This document shows positions 60,681 through 64,000 of a DNA stretch of 64,000 bases, piece by piece. Source of the stretch: Mobula birostris (Eukaryota). The notes under the pieces were generated by a model. The model was not told where the DNA came from. It made no database searches and worked only from the letters and a program-made list of their open reading frames with translations. Each line of letters starts with the position of its first letter. The stretch's first letter is position 1. The stretch lies in the NCBI RefSeq assembly GCF_030028105.1, contig NC_092389.1, positions 19,641,180-19,705,179 on the forward strand. Reading direction: 5' to 3'. The translations under genes were made by a program, and so were the position numbers.

Positions 60681-61160
60681 TCATGTATGAAGGGCCAGTT
60701 GCATTAAACTCTTTACCTTTTAACATGTATTGCACAGTACTGTATTTGTCAACGTAGAGTGGAGAGCAAGTTGGTAAATCTGGTGGGAGCAAAGAATGTT
60801 GGGAATGGTGAGGGTGGAGCGCTGAGGGAGGGCTATGGGACAGGTGGCTGAGAAGGAGTGCTGGGGTGGGGGAGAGTGGTGTTGTTGCAGACACACCCAG
60901 CCCTGAAACACCAGGCAAGGTCATTTGATTCCAAACAATTGGTCTTTTGATCATTTTGAATGTCTCTCTGGTGCTTCCCACTCCCTCCTCTCTCACTTTC
61001 CCTTTTCCCAGCCATAATCTCCCTCTCCCTGCCCCCTTCCCACTCTCAGTCCATAGTAGAGACCCATATCAGAATCAGGTTCATCATCTCTCACTTACTG
61101 TATGCCGTGAAGTTTGTTTCTTTTTGTGGCCGCAATACAGAGCAATACATAAAATCACTA

Positions 61161-61226
61161 CAGACTGCGCAAAAGTCTTAGGCACCCCAGCTATATAAAT
61201 GTGCTTAAGACTTTTGCACTGTACTG
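61161..61226. mobile_element. 66-bp Tc1-type MITE
   Basis: TIRs cagactgcgcaaaagtcttaggcac / gtgcttaagacttttgcactgtactg around a 15-bp spacer. Confidence 0.65.
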
Positions 61227-62216
61227 TTTATACACCTTATTATTTGATAATTTATATGTGGTTATATTACTGTATTTGTAATATCTGTGAGTTATATGTA
61301 CTGTGTTGTGCACCTTGGTCTGGAGAAACGTTGTCAGATTTGGTGATTATGCATGTACACTGTTGAATGCCAATGACTTGAACTTAGCATGGCTTCTCTG
61401 ATTTAAAGACAAATCCTCAATACTTGCAATGAGTAAAAATCACAAAGGTATTGAGGAGCAATGGTATTTTCCCCAAATAACATAATGGGTTATGCGAGGG
61501 AGTATTCAGGAGTTATATGAATATAGCAGATGTTAATTCAAACAAGAACCAATTTTCAGTTCTTAACGTTAATTGTAAAAACAAGCTGTAATCAGTTTGA
61601 AGTTAAAAGTACAGCTTTGTAAAGTGTGTTGTTGGCTGCTGGCCCAAGTAGGGGGCTGGCTGTTCAAGAGATATAGTTTGCAAAATGAATTGACGTTCTC
61701 ATCTGCATCAGCCAAACGTAAGACTAAAGGATTGTGTTAATTAGCCTGCAACAAACCAGGCAACACTGGCTAAGTTATTTGCACGATTGTGACTTGAGTT
61801 CAAGATGACAGGCCAAGCTGATGTTGTCACTAAGAATATCAAACATGGTCACATGTATAGATGATCATTCAAGAGCTGCCAATTTGGAGTCAGCCCTAAC
61901 CATTATTTCTGGCATCTGGGTCTCTATCCACAGAAATCTTTAGACCATCTGTGCGAATTACTTTGTCCCAGCAAAGGTGTTTGAACATCCAGAGATGAAT
62001 GCCACTGTAGATGTGTAATTGAAAGAAGGCATTGTCAACCCAAAATATTGAAGTAAACAATGTCATTGTAACTATTGTTATTGTTGTACAATGTCATTGT
62101 AATTACTGTTACCTTTGATCTTAAGGGTATAAAAATGTGATGTACTGAGTTTGGGAGACTCTACCAAGCGTATCTCCAGAAGAATGTCTGCTTGTCATGA
62201 CGAATAAATCCTTTTA

Positions 62217-62914
62217 CAGTGCCTTGAAAATATATTCTGCCCCACAACTATCTTTGCATTTTATTGTCTCATTTTCTAAATTTAAAATATATTTCAGCAG
62301 GATTTTTTGAGCTGATCGACAAAACATGTAAATTCAAAAGAAAAATTCTAAAATCTGTCAACCATTTACAAGAAATTAAAAACTAAAATTGTGAGTCTGA
62401 AAAAGTATTCATCCCCTTTGTAATTACTACACTAACTTTCCTCTGGTGCAATACTGTATATTACCTCACCAACTCACCCAATTTGTTGATGTAGAAAATT
62501 GGAAGATCACCTGAATAAATCCCCTCTCTCTATAAGCTCCGACAGTATGGTAGATTTTCCAAAGACCGAACCAAAATGAAGACAAAAAAGCATTCAAGGT
62601 AAGTCAGGGAAATTATAATAGAAAAACCCAAATCTGGGGAAGGGTACAGGACCATCTCAAAGGCACTGAGCATATCTCGGAGCTCAATGCAGTTCATCTT
62701 GAAAAAGTGGAAAAAATATCAAACTATACCCACACTGCCTCGGTCAGGTCACCCCTCTAAACTTAGTTAACAGAGAAGAAAGGCATGTAAGAGAATGTAA
62801 GAGAAGGTACTGTGATGCCAACAGTCACTCTAAGTGAGCCGCAGGAGTCAGAAAAAAGAGACAAAGGTTTGTGTGAACAAAAGCTTGGGGACTGAATACT
62901 TTCACAATGCACTG
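62217..62914 (+). mobile_element. Internally deleted Tc1-like transposon
   Basis: TA-CAGTGCC left end, inner DR aaaagtattcatcccct, transposase N-terminus MKTKKHS..GY.TISKAL, right end gaatact..gcactg. Confidence 0.7.
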
Positions 62915-63789
62915 TGTATTACCAGCTTCAGTGTCACTCTGGTGACTTGGATCATAGTCACAACAGGTTACAAAAGGTGTTTATAGTGGAAGAAAAAAAC
63001 TTTCACAAATGGTGATTCCACTTAATTTGGGAAAATAGTTAGATGAACCAATGGGAGTGTTGCAGGGCAGTCTATTGTGTGAAAAAACTTCCAGGAATTT
63101 AAGTGATCAAGAGCTGACAACCCACAATAGAACCAATGTGAAAGGCAAAATGCTCAAGTGTGATCAAACAAGGGCCCTCTGCAGTGTCAAGAAATGGTTA
63201 AAAGTCTTAATGGTAACTGCAGCTTCCTGTAATTCATACTTTACTGTAAATTTTGGCTCAGCATAAACCACAAAAACCCATTTATTTCCTGTTGGTGTTA
63301 CTCACCTTCTTTGAACAGCAAGGATTATTATGCAAGAAATTAATGAAAGTAAGATTCAGGGGGAGGGATAAAAATGGACCAAAACCACAATTCATTAAAA
63401 AGATGTAACAAATTCTGCCAAAATATCAAATGTAAACTGGTAAATTGATTTATTATTGTCATGTTTACTGAAAACTTCATACAGTTCACTCCATTACAAC
63501 AGTATATTGAAGTAGTACAAGGTGAAACAAGAAGAGAGTGTAGAATGAAGTGTTGCAGTTATAGAGAAAGTGCAGTGCAGCTAAGTAACAAGGCAGATTC
63601 TGAGGTTAAGAGTCCTTCTTAAATTTTCAATATTAGGAATGTTACTTCATCCTGTTTATATCACCTGGTGAAATGGTACATACTAACACCGATAATCACA
63701 GAAATTCAGGTGCCAGAAATGTGAAATAACAACAGAGAATGTCAGAAGCTCTCGGCAGGTCAGACGGCATAAATATAAACAGAAACATG

Positions 63790-64000
63790 CAGTACCTTGT
63801 AAAAGTATTCAGCCCCCAATCCTTTCTGCACATAAATGAGTATTACAACCACGAATTTTGATCAATTTAACTGATAATTTTCATAGTACAGCACAAAAAA
63901 ACAGGGAAAATTGTAAAGCATGAACTAAAAATTAAAAATAAATTGAAATGTCAGCAGTTCAAAAGTATTCATCCCTCTTTACTCAGTACTTAGTTGAATC
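63790..64000 (+). mobile_element. Left TIR of another Tc1-like element, running off the window
   Basis: cagtaccttgtaaaagtattcagccccc with inner DR aaaagtattcatccct at about 63961. Confidence 0.65.

Noticed and set aside
1-64000. CRISPR arrays, rRNA or true tRNA genes
   Set aside because: Eukaryotic DNA with no repeat-spacer array; the tRNA-like boxes belong to SINE heads.

Overview
Vertebrate genomic DNA, most likely a cartilaginous fish (inferred from the CR1/V-SINE/Penelope repeat complement). Most of the window is decayed, often nested, transposable elements: CR1, Rex1/Babar, L1/Tx1, I/Nimb, HERO, Penelope, Gypsy including a chromovirus, Tc1 and SINEs. One host gene can be assembled by hand on the + strand, about 21840-58927, with 7 coding exons in compatible splice phases and about 426 aa. 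It encodes a non-rearranging immunoglobulin-superfamily type I membrane receptor: candidate leader, NKp30-like germline-joined VJ domain, C1-set domain, Siglec/CEACAM-like C2/I domain, transmembrane segment, and a tail with a DDTYEDV tyrosine motif. A second notable system is a set of Penelope-derived inverted-repeat insertions with target-site duplications that carry minimal type I hammerhead ribozyme cores; the best-preserved pair sits in a 1.3 kb hairpin in the V-C1 intron. TE boundaries are approximate unless a TSD or TIR is cited. No database searches were run, so all family names come from motif recognition.
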